Part shown: positions 14,211 through 29,561 of the stretch, one piece after another
Position numbering within the stretch: the first letter of the stretch is position 1
How the letters are laid out: each line of letters opens with the position of its first letter
DNA from: Piromyces finnis finn
Lineage: Eukaryota; Fungi; Neocallimastigomycota
Direction of reading: 5' to 3'
Length of the DNA: 64,000 bases
NCBI GenBank assembly: GCA_002104945.1
Contig: MCFH01000003.1
Coordinates: 1,589,769 to 1,653,768, forward strand
Notes under the pieces: generated by a model
Databases searched by the model: none
Seen by the model: the letters and a program-made list of their open reading frames with translations, nothing else
Told to the model about the DNA's origin: nothing
Made by a program: the position numbers and the translations under genes

Positions 14211-16943
14211 ACTGTAGTATTTATACACTTTCTTTTTATTTTATTACTTTTTACTATTTTTTTTCTTTTTTTTTTTCTATTATTATTTAGTTATGTTGTT
14301 TACCCTTCTTTAAAACTATTAATATTAATATTTATTACAATTCCTTTTTTATTATTGTTTCCATAAATATAATAAAAATAAAAAAGACTTTGGTTATTAT
14401 CCTTTTTTTTCAAAAAAAAAGTATTTTTTTTTTTTCTTTAATTCTTATTATATTTACTTTTTTTTTTTTTTTTTTATTTCTATCGTTCCACTTGTTGTTC
14501 TTCCTTGTTTTTTTTTTTTTTTTTTTAATCTTTTTTTAATAAAATGAAAAGTATACTTTTTCCTATTTTTTTTAATTTTTATTTTTAAAAAGGTTTTTTA
14601 GTACAAAAAAAGAAAGAAAAGAAAAAACTAAAAAAAAAAAAATTTATTATTAAATATTCCAAATTAAATTTATTAATAATTAAACTTTTAAAATTTTCAT
14701 TTTTTTTTTTTTTTGAAATTCATTGAAAAAAAGTGTTTGGGAAAAACAAATAAAGTAAGGAAGGAATGCCTAATGAAATGATTATAATTTATATTATTAC
14801 ATCACTCACTTGAATAATAATAATATAAAAAAAAGAAGCATCAATGTTAAAATAGAAAAAGATTTGAAAATTAAAAAAAGATAACAGATATTCCAAAGGG
14901 TATAGAATGTAGGTCAAGAAGAAGAAAACGTCATATTAACTTTTTATGAATATATTTTATTAAAAGCTTTTATATTTCCATTATTATTATTACTCTACTA
15001 CGACGATGATGATATAACAAATTAAAATAGAAATAATGAAATAAAATGAAATAAAAAAAACGCCTTTTTTTTACTACCAAAACTCAACAAGAATTTACCT
15101 GAAGGTATGATGAAAATGACCACAAAGTTCTTGGTATAAAATTTTAATAAAAATGTCATTCCTTATGAAATTAATTAAATTATTAATAATAAATAATAAT
15201 ACAATATATTATCACTCATTTTTATTGGTTATATTCATTTAAAAATAAATTCGTATTATATTCTTAATATAAATAATATATAATGAAATAAATTAATAAT
15301 ATATTAAGTATATTTATTTGTATAAATTAAATAATAAACAATCAAAAATAAATAGATAAATAAACATAAAATAAATAAATTTATAATAAAAAGTAAATGA
15401 ATGAATAAATAAAAGTGTCAAAGTAAAATGTTTGATAAGAAGAAGAGGCAAGAGTGAAAAAAGGTTTTCTCTTTTTTCTTTTTATTATTAATATCTTTTA
15501 TCATTTGCATCTCTTTGATTATACAATATTTTATTAATAACAATTTAACAATCTTTTTTTTTATTATTATGAAATTGGTCTTTTCTTTTTTTTTCTACTT
15601 CTAATCCTTTGTTGTTGAATTTTAAAATGTGTAACAGAAATATTTAATAATGAAATTTTCTTTGTCCTTTTTTCTATATTAAACAAGCAATTTAATAAAA
15701 AGTTGCACTTTTCCAAGATCCATTTCTAAGGATTTCTTTTAAATAATAATTGAAAATTTTGCCTTTATCATTCATACAAAGAAAAAAAAAAGACTTTATT
15801 GTTGCCCAAATTATTTTTGGTGTGGTGGTGGTGGTGGTGGTTGATGGTTGATGGTTGATAGTGTATAGTATTATTTTATAATATATTTAATTATATTTGA
15901 ATATATTTGGATCATATATTAATAAATCAATTTAATTAAAAATTTTAAATTGTTAAATCATAAAAAATTTTTTTTATATATAAAGCAAACAACAACAAAA
16001 AGTGGTTTATTTTTTATTTTTTATTTTTATTTCTTTAATATTTTATTATTATTTTATTTTACCATTCCATATACTTTCAATAGTTAAAATCTATCTTTTT
16101 TTTTTTTCTTCTTAAAAACAACCACCACCACCACCACAACAACAACCTTTTAAACCTATTGAATGGATAATTAATAATAATAATAATAATAAAATCATAT
16201 CATTATTGAAAAGAAATTATTTAAAAATAAGAAAAGATATTTAAATATGAAGTAATACCTATAAAGACTATAGGATAGTTTTATTTTTATTTATTTATTT
16301 TTTTAATATAACCTAATATTTTATAATAACAAGAGTAAGTGTAAATTGTATAGTACTTTTTAAATTATAAAAAAGTATGTTTTTATATATATTAAAAATG
16401 GGTTTATAATGAAAGATGGAGGGACTACGAATAAAAAAAAAAGTAATTTTTCAGTAGTAGTGATAAACATTAAATGATGAAATACGCAATCAAAAGATAA
16501 ATTCAGACATATAAATTCGTATTAATAAGAAATGTTAACCTATCTTTACTGTTAAAAAAATAAAATGATAACTATTGATGAATCTAGTTTGAAATTTAAA
16601 ATGACTTTTTTTTTTATTGTTATTTCTCTTTAATTGAAAGAATTTCATAATGAAATAATAATAAATGTAATATATATATTAAAATTTTTAAATATAAAAT
16701 AATATTATTAGAATTTGTAAAAATTCAACAATTAAACAATAAAAAAAAATATATATTTTTTATAATATTCATAGTTTTAATATATTTAACTATTTACGAT
16801 GCATACCAAAATAAAAATAAAAACTTAAATAATTTTTCTTTTTATGTTTTAAAAAAAATACCAATTCTTTTAAAAAATTCATAAATTAATTATTATTACT
16901 ATTATGTATTAAAATTTAGAATAATTATTAAATATTATCAAAA

Positions 16944-19450
16944 ATGACCAATATGAATAATACTGATAATTTAAATACCTCAACTTCCGATCTATCATCA
17001 AATAATTCTGGAAACCACAACAAGAATACTCGCTCAGGTGAAAAGAGAAAAAGAGAAAGTAATGAAAAGCAGGATAATGTAACAATTATAAATGAACAAA
17101 GAAATCTGAAAAAGTCAAGAAAAAATGGTAAATAGATACAACCAATTATAATTATTAAACTATTATTCATAATAAAATTTGATATAATAAATTAATAAAT
17201 ATTAAATATTATTATTATTATTATTATAATTATTACTTTGATATTAATTATTATGTTATTATTATTATTATTTCTTTTATATTTATTATTATTATAATTA
17301 TTATTTTGATATTAATTATTATGTTATTATTATTATTATTTCTTTTATATTTATAATTATTATTACAATATTTATTATTATTATTGATATAAATTTGTTG
17401 TATATTATTGTTTATATAATATTTAAAAGTCAATAAAGATAAATCAAAGAATGAAGCCACAAGTCAAAGTTTATTAAAAAATGATAATAAAAAGGCTCAA
17501 TCATCTTCATTATCTTCTAATGAAAAAGAAAATAGTCTAAAGAAAAAAAAGGATAGAGTACATTCTATCTTTAATAAATGTATAAGTAAAATAAAAGGAT
17601 TTGGGAAGGGTAAGTCAAAATCATCAAATTCTAATAAAGAATCTTCAGATTCAGGTGCTTCCTCTTCTCAAAAAAATGAATCATCTAGTGCAAATTTAAA
17701 TTCCAATACTACTCAAACATCATTACTTAATAGATCTGATGTTGACTCAAAGGATTCTATGGAATTAACATCAAATAATGAAGATTTAAATAAAAGTATT
17801 AATAATAATAATCTTTCATCATCATCTAGTGCGAATAATAACAATGTAGAAGTATCCACTAATACTAACTCAAATTCACAATCTCAAACTCAAACTCAAG
17901 CACAATCATTGAGATCATTACCTATTAATTTGGGCAGTAATAGTAGAATATATTTACGACCAATTGTGATAACAAGACCTATCATTAGACGAAGTATCAA
18001 TACATTAAATAGAACAAATCAATCTGGTAGAGATGCCTTAAACGCATTGATCATGGATGTTGTGACTAATTCTAATCAATTTACTCCAGTATCTGAATTG
18101 AGAAGAAATAATTTATTTAGTAACACAAGTAATAACAGTAATAATAATAACAATAACATAAATAATAATAGTAATAATAGTAATAATAGTAATGATAATC
18201 ATGCCAACAGCAACAATAATAATATTAGTATTAGTAATAGTAATGATAATCATGCCAACAGCAACAATAATAATATTAGTAATAGTAATAGTAATAATTC
18301 TGGAACAACAAATGCAACAACAAATATTAATAATAGATTAAATCTACCAACACTAAATTCAAACCTTCATTCAACTACAAACGCATCAAATTCAACTACA
18401 AATTCATCAAACTCAACAAACGGTATATCTAATTATTTCTTTTCTTATCCACAAGATAATAATAATGCTGTTAGATATACTGGTAATTCATTATTAAGCA
18501 ATATATTAAATAATTCATTAATGGTGTCTATTAATGCAATTCAGAATTCTAATAGCAATCCTAATAATGCAGCAGTAAATAGTCCTTTTAATTTCAATTT
18601 TAATAATCGTTCTGGTCCATTGAGACCAATTACAATACAAAGATCCCATATTGTACGTATTCCTACTGTACGTACAGGAATACAAGCAAATATAAACTTA
18701 AATAGAAATTCCAATTCGTCTCCAAATACTACAACAACAACAACTACAAATACTACAGTACCATCTACAAATACCACAGTACCATCTACAAATACCACAA
18801 CACCATCTACAAATACCACAGCGCCATCTTCAAACTCCAATAGAACTACAAATTCCAACGTAACAAATGGTGCTAATTTAAGGGATGTTAATCTAAACGA
18901 TGTCATTACTCGTATTGTAGATATAATCGGTTCCATTGTTGAAAGAAATCAACATAATAATAGTGTTACATCAAATAATACAGTTAACTCTACTTCAAAT
19001 TCAAGTAATAGCTCATCTTTGAATAATACTCAAAATAATTCAAATCGTAATTTGTTCAATGTTGATAGAGATCATTCAAGTATGAATAATTCAAGTTTAG
19101 ATAGTATGGCTACTTCTGTAAACATATCAAGTAGATTGAACAACCGCAATAACAACAACAATAACAATGCAAACAATACAAATAGTACAAGTCATAGTTT
19201 TAATACTAATATTAACAACAACAACATTAATGGAAATACAACAGGATTATTTACAAGATTAATAACTCAACAAATTATTGAAAGATCAAGATCAGCTGAA
19301 GAAATAAGAAATTCGTTGATAAATAATATTTTATACGATATAAATAATATCGTAAATAATGATAGAAATAATAATAGTACTACTACTGTTTCTTCTATTG
19401 CCTCTACTACAAATAATAATAATAATAATAACAACAACAACAACAACAAC

Positions 19451-19527
<77 letters not shown>

Positions 19528-21442
19528 CAACAACAATAATAATAATAATGTATTTACCCAAAATAGAAACATTTTAAATAGAAGTAATAATCCATTATTA
19601 TTTTATAGCCCGTTAATTCATCAAGCAATTGTCGAAAGATTAAATAATCATACAAATAATAATAGTAATATAAATAATTCAAATGCGACTGGAAATACAG
19701 CTAATAATGCGAACATAGGTAGTAATACAGCAAACACAAATAATTCAAGTAATATCAATGATTCAAATAATGGCATTCAACAAGGATCTAATAATAGATC
19801 TGCAACAATAAGTACTGAATTTATTCCAATATCTTTCAGATTTCAATTGCCATTAAATAATGAACCACTTATGCTCTATGAAGATTTATTAGAATTAGGT
19901 GAATTATTCGAAAATGTAAGAACTCGTAATGCTACAGAAGCAGATTTACAACGTGATCATTCCCTATACACATATGATGCTAAGAAAAAGACTTTTATAC
20001 TCAAAGAAGAAAAGAAAACGAAAGAAACATCAAAAAATAAGAAAGAAGCATCAAAAAATGAGGCCAGTTCTTCCTCATCTTCAACAGCCATAAATGGAAA
20101 AGCATCCACAACATCAAATACATCAAAGAAACAAAAAGAAAAAGAAAAGGTGGAGAGTATAGTAAAGGAAGATGATAATACATCACCTACCTTTGGAAAG
20201 AATAAAACAGTAGGTATTAGGGAAATGTTAGGATCTACTGGTAATTCATGTACTATCTGTTTATGTGAATATGAAGATAAAGATGAAATAAGAGTTTTAC
20301 ATTGTAAGCATGCTTTCCATAAACAATGTATTGATGAATGGATTTCCAAATATGTAAACAATTGTCCAATTTGTCGTGGTAATGGTGTTCAAAGAGAAAA
20401 TACCAATCGTTTCTCCTCCTCCTCAATACGTATGAACAATAATAATAACAATAATAATAATAATAATGATAATAACAGCGATACAAATCATGTAAATAAT
20501 AATCATTCAAATCCAACCACCAATAGACCATATTCCATTTTTACGTCTGGTTTAAGTCTAGGCAATCTATTCCAACCACACTCTCAAACTCGTCTTAATA
20601 ATGCTAATGCAAATGCTAATACTAATACGGATACTAATTCCTATTTTCCTTCTATACAAATAAATAATCTTAGATCTGGAACAGAATCTTTATTAAATAC
20701 TCAGTCTAATGCTAATCCTATAGTTATTGAAATTGATTTTGGAGGTGATAATCGTTCTCCCCTTAATATTTCAAATACGGCTAGAGGTCGTAATGACGGA
20801 AACAATACAAGAACAAATTCCACCGCCACCACTACCACCAATACAACTGCTAACACCGCTAATACCACCACTACCACTACCACCAATACAACCACTAACA
20901 ACACCAATAGAACCACCACCACCACCACTACTACTACTTCCACCAATACTACTACCAACACAAATAATAATGGTGTAAATGCAAATCAGAATAATCATCA
21001 TAGTATCAATATTAGCCCAGGTTCATTATTATTTGGATCTACCATTACTATTAATCCTGAACAATTCATTGACAGCGATCACCATGATCGTGAAAGAAGA
21101 TTAATTTTAAATTTCTTTGAACCTTCAGAGAGTAATAATAATAATAATGATAGTAATTCAAATAGTAATACTCATCGAAGCAACACCAACAATTCAAACA
21201 ATACCCAAACTAATAATAATACCAACACTAATCGTTCCTCCCCAAATGTAAGCTTATCTAGTATCATTAATTCAGCTCGTAATAACAATTCTTCTTTTAG
21301 ATTTAATTTAATGGACTTTGACCTTCAACCCACTCAACGTCATTCAACATCTTCCAACACATCAAGTAATAATGAATCCAATACCACAAACACTACTTCT
21401 AAAGATACTACCAAAACCAATTCTAATTCAAATAAAAATTAA
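16944..21442 (+). CDS. Large Asn/Thr/Ser-rich RING-H2 E3 ubiquitin ligase-like protein (about 1398 aa), 2 exons
   Basis: Exon 16944..17127 (phase 1) joins exon 17430..21442 in frame with the 17759 ORF. RING-H2 motif CTICLCEYEDKDEIRVLHCKHAFHKQCIDEWISKYVNNCPICR, preceded by YEDLLELGELFENV; basic NLS-like KRKR and KKSRK in exon 1. Confidence 0.88.
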
Positions 21443-22708
21443 TTTTTTTTTTTTTTTTTTTATAATTTTAAAAAACAAATAATGATTATTTATTGATTTA
21501 TACATCAACATAAACCAATATTTATTTTATATAATATCACCACTTTTTTAATTTCATTTTTAATAAAATTTAATATTTATATGGATAATTAATTACTAAA
21601 GGATTATTATTATTTTTTTTTTATTTTAATTCATTTGGAAAATAAAAAATAAATAAAATCTATTATCCTATTTTATTTTTATATACTACTACTACTACTA
21701 CTACTACTAATAAAAGAATTATAATAACAATAAATGATAATGATCATAATAAATAAATAAATACATGAATAAATGATAATAATAATAATAATAATAATTT
21801 TATAATTATTATTGTTATTTATTATTATTATTATTATTATTATTTTTTTTTTTCTTTATTAACAAGTCTTTTTTTTTTTTTTTTTTTTTTATATGAAAAT
21901 AAAAAAATTAAGATTTTTATTTATTTTTAATACTAAAAGAGATAATATATAAATGAATGAATGAACGAATGACTATACAAATATAATAAATAAATAAGTC
22001 TTAAAGGCTCAAATGGGATGGGTTTAAATATGGTCATTTTACTAATGAATATTATAAAGTATTACATTTATTTAATAATAATGATTAATATGGCTAGTAA
22101 TAATTTGTAATATAATGCATGCGTAATAATCAGTGCCTACATGATTATTCACATATTCTAACAAACAATAAAGTAAACAATATTATAAATAAATAAATAA
22201 ATAAGTATTATATATAACCTTGATTAAGATATGATTATCACTGCTTTAGTAATACTTGTTTTATTATTAAGAGTTACTTAGATTAGCAAGTTACAAAGTT
22301 GCTAGTGTAAAATAAATACATAATGAATGTATTTTATATGTTTATAATGTGGCTTATACATTTAATTTACATTATATATTCTGAAAAATGTATAAACCAT
22401 TGAATAACTAGAATTATTTTTATTCAAAGCTATGCAAAAGCACTTTGCCCATTTTATCATTTTAAATTTTTAAAAAGAAAGAAAAAAAAAATAAAATAAA
22501 AATTATTTTTATTTTTTTTTCTTAGTTAATATATCATACTTTAAATAGTATTGTTATTTATTCATTATTATTTAATTGTTATTGTTAAAATAATCATTTT
22601 TATAATAAATACTTTTTTTTTTTTGCAACAATAAAATATTTTATTTGAGGGTAAAATTGCTATCAATCTTGGAATAATCAAAAATATCAATAGAAATAAA
22701 CCTCTCCC

Positions 22709-22739
<31 letters not shown>

Positions 22740-22743
22740 ATAT

Positions 22744-25083
22744 ATGGATATTTTAGAAAAAGAAGATAAATTTGTATATACCCATTCACAAATAATAAGA
22801 GTATCATGTAAATTAAATTCAAAATCCTCAGAGGAAAAAAAAAAACCTTTAAATATTTTTTCTCAATTTCAAATTGACTATTTTGAACTTGACCATACAC
22901 CAGATACCAAAACAAGTAAAAAAAGTCATAATGAATTTTCAAAAAAACATCATATTAATATAAAAAAATGGATATGTACTGGTTCTTTACCTCTTTTAGA
23001 TTTATTTAAACAATTTCAATTGGATAAAACAACTTCAACTTTATGGCATTGGGATTTAAAAATTTTACATCATTGGAATGATGGACTGTAACTATATATA
23101 TATATATTTTCTTTCTCCTATTAATAAATTCATTAAAAAAAAAAAAATTCATTATTTATTTTTATATACTATATATAGAATATAAATAATATAAATATAT
23201 TAAATTTCATTTTTCAATATTAATTAGTTATTTAACATTTTGATAGTTGACATTTGAAATTTTCTTTTTCTTTTTTTTTTTTTTATTTTTTTAAAAAAAA
23301 AAATAATAAAATTTAAAAAGAAATTCAAGATACATATATATTTAATTCAATCACTAAGATAATTTTTATTATATTTGTATATATGTATATATGTATTTAT
23401 TTGCTTTATATAGATATTATCCCACCTTGGTTTTTGTACTTGATAATTTTGAAATTTTAACTTTTAAATTACCAAATCATTTTTCAGAATTAGAATGGAC
23501 ATGTCAATGCCATATAAACTATCAGCTTTCACGTCATAAAAATGAATTAAGTGGTTTGAAGATACAGGAAAACTATTCAAAAAAATATTTTCAATTTAAT
23601 AGTTTTGACGGTCCTTTGATTCAATTATCAATAGCTCTTTCACCAAATTCGTCTTCCATACCTTCATCGTCTACTCTTCCAATGACTTATTTTATTTATG
23701 ATACATTTCCTATTTTGGAGGTATTATTTCCATGTTGGTTTATTCAAGCTATTCCTATTCATGAGGATGCTATAGAATTTCAATTTTATAGAAATTATTC
23801 AGAAAAAAAGTATTTTTGGATACGAGAAAATGAAGAGGAATCAGATCGGGAAGCTGAATCCATCATAAAATTAATTTCTGAACATTATGATAGTCCTTCT
23901 TCTTCCTTTATTTATTCTATGTCAGATATTTCTTTTGTCGTTAAAGATGATCAAGAAACCACTATTCTTGGAACGAAAAAGAAAACTTGTATTTGGATCG
24001 ATTCAAATTTTAATATTCGTCAAACGCTTCTTTTGCCTCATATACCCATTGAATTGTAAAAACTATTTATATATATATAAAATACTTTTTTTTTTTTTTT
24101 TCTATTCTTATTTATAATTCTATTTTGTAATTTGTTTTTTATTTTCTATTTATTTTTTTTTTTCTTTAAAAAAAAAAAAAATTATATTACTTAATTATTT
24201 AAAATATATATATATATATATATATCTTTTTTTTATTCATTTTTATTTTAAAAATCATTTCGTAATCACTATTCAATATGCAATAGAAAAAAAAAAAAAA
24301 AAGATTGTTTCTTCTAATTATTTTTTATTTTATAATTTATATATAACCTATTTTTATGAAAATGCCGTCCGTATATATAAAGAAAAATTATCCCCATCGA
24401 AGCAAATAAAATGGTCTATCATTTAAAATTAATTAATAATATAGATTGTTTAGTTTTTGGTGAAAAAACAATAAAAAGTAAAGTAGAAAAAAAAAAAAAA
24501 GGAAAAGGAAAATGAAATATAATATAGAATATAAATTTAAAACATATAAATTAAATATTATTTATTATAAATATTATTTTAATTGATATAAAAATAATAC
24601 TTTTAAATATATATGTATAAAGCATTTGATCATCCGATATTATATCAAAAACCAAATCAAGGTGTTGACATGACAGATACCAATACTTGTGATAGTCATC
24701 ATGGAAATATCATTGAAATTATTGAAAATGATTCCAATTATCTATTTACGAATATTAATGATATTTTAGTATATGATAATAGTATATCAGAGGACGATTC
24801 TCATAAAAATGACCATGAAATTTTGGGTAAATATGTATATACATTTTTTTTTAATAATGATAGTAAACCAATTAAAAGGCTTACATATATAAAAATATAA
24901 ATCCAAAGTAAAAATAGTAATAATAAAAATAATAATATATCTATGAATAATAATAAATAGATAATAATACAGATGATAATCCAAATAAAGAAATGGAAAA
25001 AACAACCAATACAATATTAAACATATTAAATGATTACATTCTTGATATTGATCATTCTTCACGAGATTTAAAGAATCAAGTAT

Positions 25084-25119
<36 letters not shown>

Positions 25120-28100
25120 AAGTAAATCTTTTAAAAAATAAAAAAAAAAAAAAACAGAATAAATAATTCATATATATATATATCATTCTAATGAATTATT
25201 CTTTTTATATAAACATATATATATTATTCTAATGAATTATCTTTTTTATATAAAAATACATTATATATATTATTATACTAAATAAAGCTGGATAAAAAAG
25301 TAATTTTATTAAATCATAATAAACATATGTTAAAGGATTTAACCGATCAAATAAATTTTCAAAGACCAGTTAAACGTTTAAGAACAGATGTTTCTCAATT
25401 TCTTTTTCATACTAATTATACCAATACAACCCCTTCTATCTCTACTTCACCAACTACGGAACAAAAGGAAATGCATACAACTACTCAAGATTTTCTTAAT
25501 GATATTAATGATTACGACGAAGATGATAGTCACTGGCTTACATTACTTTCTCATACAACAACATATTCTGAAAATTATTTTTATTCTAATCTAAGAATAA
25601 AGAATACATCCAAGTAAATCATTTATTCCTAATTTATATTGAATTATTTAAAAAAAAAAAAAAAAAAAAAACATTTTTTTTTTAATTTATCATTTTCACT
25701 ATAATATTATTAAAAAAAAAAAAACATTTATTTTTTTATCTATCTATCTATCTATCTATTTATATAATTGTTAAAATTTTCCCGTAATTCATTATGATCT
25801 CTTTCTCCATAATTATATTCGTAAAAAAGATATATATTAGAAAATATTGTTTTAAACCCTGTATTTATTTTATCAGATTTATTGAAAAAAGAAATAAAAG
25901 AAAAAAAAAAGAGGGTGACCATGGATTTCCCTGTAATACATGTTTCATGTCCAATACATATATTACTACCAGAAGAAGATATTGAACTTTCACTTTCATT
26001 TCAAACCTCTCTTTTTTATTCCGAATTAAAATTAAACTTAGTAGCTCAATATCTTTGTAAAGATGATTATATTTATTCTATAAGAAGTAATAATTTAGGT
26101 ATTTTAACCTATTCTACACTTTCTCATTCAATAAAAGATACCTTTACCCCAAAAGATATAGCAATAATAAACAGAACTAGGAAAAGAAAATTTAGTGAGG
26201 ATACAGACAATTCCTTTGAATTAACAGAATCACCGATAAAGAGAAATTCTCAAGTTACTATTAGTTTTGTAAATCCATATGTAAGTTTGTAAAGTTTAAA
26301 AAATGAAATGCAAAAAAAAAAAAAAAAAAAAAAAAATTTTTTTTATTACAAATTCTATTTAATAACAACTATTCACTATTCAACATTAAATATTAAAAAG
26401 AAAAAGAAAAATTTTATTAATAATTTTAAAATTTTATATTTATAGAATAGAAATGGGGAAATGAATGAGTATCATCATCAATTGAATAAAGCATCATCTT
26501 TTCCTATTGATGAACCCAATTCTTCAATTCAAAAAATTGTAAAATTTTCAGAAAAAAATGATAGAGCTCTTTTTTCTTATCTATTAAATTATTTTCAAAA
26601 TAATTATTCTATGACTTCTGAATTTTTTAATCATCAAGCCTTGGATTATCTTTTAAATTATAAATTAAAATCTGGTATTTTTTTTTTTTTTTTTTTTTTT
26701 TCTAGAAAAAATAATTATATTAGAATATGTATAGAGATATCTATAGTTATGGATAGATAGATACATAGATAAATAAATGTTTGTTTATTGTTTTTATAGT
26801 ATAAAAACTAATTTTTCTTTATATATATATATTTTTCAATTCTTCCCTCCCCTTCCTTTCTTAATTTTTTTCAATGATTTAAATTTTATATGGAATATTT
26901 TTAAATAATCCTTTTTTTTAAGAAAAAAATATAAATGATCTTTATATGAAACACTATTCATTTACCTCAAGAACTTTCCATGAACCAGCCAATTCAATTC
27001 AAAAAAACATTCAAAATACCAAAAATTTATTATTATCAACAATAGATCATCTTAAAACACTACATCAATCCCAACAAATCATGACACGTCCAACCTATAC
27101 TACCCTGTTTCATGAAAAGCAACATGAAGATCCATTATTTTATATGAAAGATCATGGAAATTTTCTTAAAAATATCAAAGTGTATAATTGTTTAAATTTA
27201 AAAAATGAAATTCAATATCGTTTTATTAAACGATTAAAGCGCTATTTTTCAGATATAATTAAATGTATGGATGCCTTTCATCATCCAGAAGAAGTACCCA
27301 TCAATACACCTCCTTCTGTTGCTTATCTTTTTCATAATACTAAAGGAACGTCTAAAGAGGAAACATCCACAATAAATGATCAATTATTAAAATCACCAAA
27401 AAAATATTTATCCCAACCTATTAATAGTAGTAAAAGTAGTCATGATATAAGTTTTCTATCCTCTTCACCACCCATTTTATTTCTTACACCCATTTCTCCC
27501 CAAAAAGTTAAATTAATAAAAAAGGCGAATCAACAACAACAACAACAACAACAACAACACCGACGACAACAACAAGAAATGAGTCATCATCAAAAAAAAG
27601 GAAAAGAGGTAGTGATGAATGAGGAAGAATTTTCCGATACTCCATCTACCTCTAAAAAAGAAATTGATTTAACCATGAGCCCTGATCCTTCTCACCCAAA
27701 AATTTCCAATCAAGAAAAAGAAAATTTATCTACCCTAAATTCTTCATCCACCTTTTTTTCACCCTATAACTATTTTTTTAATCAAAATTTGAATGCGGAC
27801 CCTTCCGAACAACTTTATCTTAATAGTCGTTCCATTTTATCTACGCTCATTTCACGAATAAAATTATGTGATGAAAAAGTTACAGCGGATCCAGAAATGA
27901 AAGAAGCATTACACCTTTCTTCTTCTTCTTCTCCTCCTCCTCCTCCTGCAGAAACAACCGCATCTACCTCTCATTCTAATCCTTATACAAAAGAAAACTA
28001 TTTAGAAACCATTCAAGATCTTTATCAACAACTCAAAAGATATTCACCCCTTTTAAATATTTTGGAAACTAGTTTACAATCCGATCGATCCTACCTTGAT

Positions 28101-28127
28101 GCCATTTTATCCTTAGGTCTTATGTAA
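22744..28127 (+). CDS. Multi-exon hypothetical protein (roughly 1100+ aa if one gene); tentative FANCB-like
   Basis: Exons 22744..23087 and 23414..~24055 join in phase. Exons 24623..24826, 24973..25079, 25288..25613, 25830..26280, 26446..26674 and 26923..28127 also join in phase with GT-AG sites. The link across 24056-24622 is unresolved, so this could be two genes. The FANCB resemblance is based on short remembered motifs only. Confidence 0.5.
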
Positions 28128-28687
28128 TAACAATAAATACTTTAATAAAAAAAAAAGCTTTTTTTATTTTATTTTAATTTTAATTTTTTGTTTCTAAATC
28201 ACTTTATAAATAATTAATTTTAAATAAATAAAAAAATAATAATAATAATAATCAAACATAATTATTATAATTATTATTAATCATTATCATTATTTTAAAT
28301 AAAAATATTTACAATTTATGTGTTTATTTTTTTTTTATATTTATTATATTAAATTGTGGCATTTTTATGTACCAGTTTTTTTATACTTTGTTGGAAACAA
28401 ATTATAAAAAAATAGTTTAAATTGTTTTTTTTTTTTTTTTAACTCTATTTTAAATTTTTTTTTTTTTTTTGAAAAAGGTATTAGTCATTCATTATTCAAA
28501 ATTAAAGTTTTTTTTTGAACATTTATTTATTTTTTGAAAAAGAAAAATGGCGTTTTATTTTTTATTTTCTTTTTTTTGTAAAAGTAAAAAAAAAAAAAAA
28601 GGATTTTATTCTAAATCTATATTAAAAGTCATATTTATAATATGTAATAATAAAAAGTATTATAATAAAATTATTATATTTTTTATA

Positions 28688-28721
28688 ATAAATAAATAAA
28701 TAAATAAATAAATAAAACAAA

Positions 28722-28760
<39 letters not shown>

Positions 28761-28790
28761 AACAAATAAATAAATAAATAAATAAATAAT
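28688..28790. repeat. (TAAA)n tetranucleotide microsatellite
   Basis: About 100 bp of TAAA with two AAAC interruptions, followed by (TAAT)n. Confidence 0.85.
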
Positions 28791-29561
28791 TAATTAATTA
28801 ATTAATAAGTTATTATTATTAATGCTGCGGATTTTTTTTTTTTTTTTTAATTATATTGATTTAAATATTTAAAAAGCGTATTTTCTTTATCCATTATTAT
28901 TTATTATTTATCCATTATTATTATTAATAAAAAAAAAAAAATGTTTTTTTACGGAATTTATTCAATGATAAAAGTAATTATTAATAAAGTTATTTAAGTT
29001 TTAATTAAAAAAAAGGAATAATTCAATACAATTTAATTTAATGAATTTTCCTTTTTTTTTTTTTTTTTATTTTTATTTTAATAAAAGAAAAGAAAAAATG
29101 AAAGGAAAAAAAAAAAAAAAAAAAAAAAGGAAATGTATAATGAAAGAAGGCAAGAAGGCATTAATAATACTTTTATTTAAATGTACAATTAAAATCTTTT
29201 TTTTTCTTATTTTTTAATTGAAACCCTTTTATTAATTCAATAAAAAAAAATTGACCAACATTTTTTTTTTTTTTTTTTTTAAAATAAAGTTTTTTTTTTA
29301 TTAATAATACAAAAAAATAAAAAAAAAAAACTTTGTTTTAGGTTTCAAATATAAAAACAAAAAAGTTTTTTTTTATTTTTTTTTTAAATTAACTTTGAAC
29401 TTTTGAAAGGTAATAAATAAATAAATAAATAAATATTTTAATAAATTTTTAATGGATATTTTTTTTTAAAAAAAGAAAAAAAGGATAATACATCGTAATA
29501 ACACTTTAACCTATTATTATTATAATTATTAAAATATAGAAATAAAAAAATATATATAAAA

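Noticed and set aside
16460-16600. Possible C/D snoRNA (ATGATGA at ~16473)
   Set aside because: No downstream CTGA D box or terminal stem; no tRNA or rRNA was recognised anywhere in the window.
17223-17355. 68-bp tandem duplication in the RING gene intron
   Set aside because: Ordinary slippage in AT-rich intron DNA with no sign of function.
18541-21001. Many overlapping poly-Leu/Ile/Val/Thr ORFs in the RING gene
   Set aside because: These are shadow frames of AAT/AAC/ACC codon runs.
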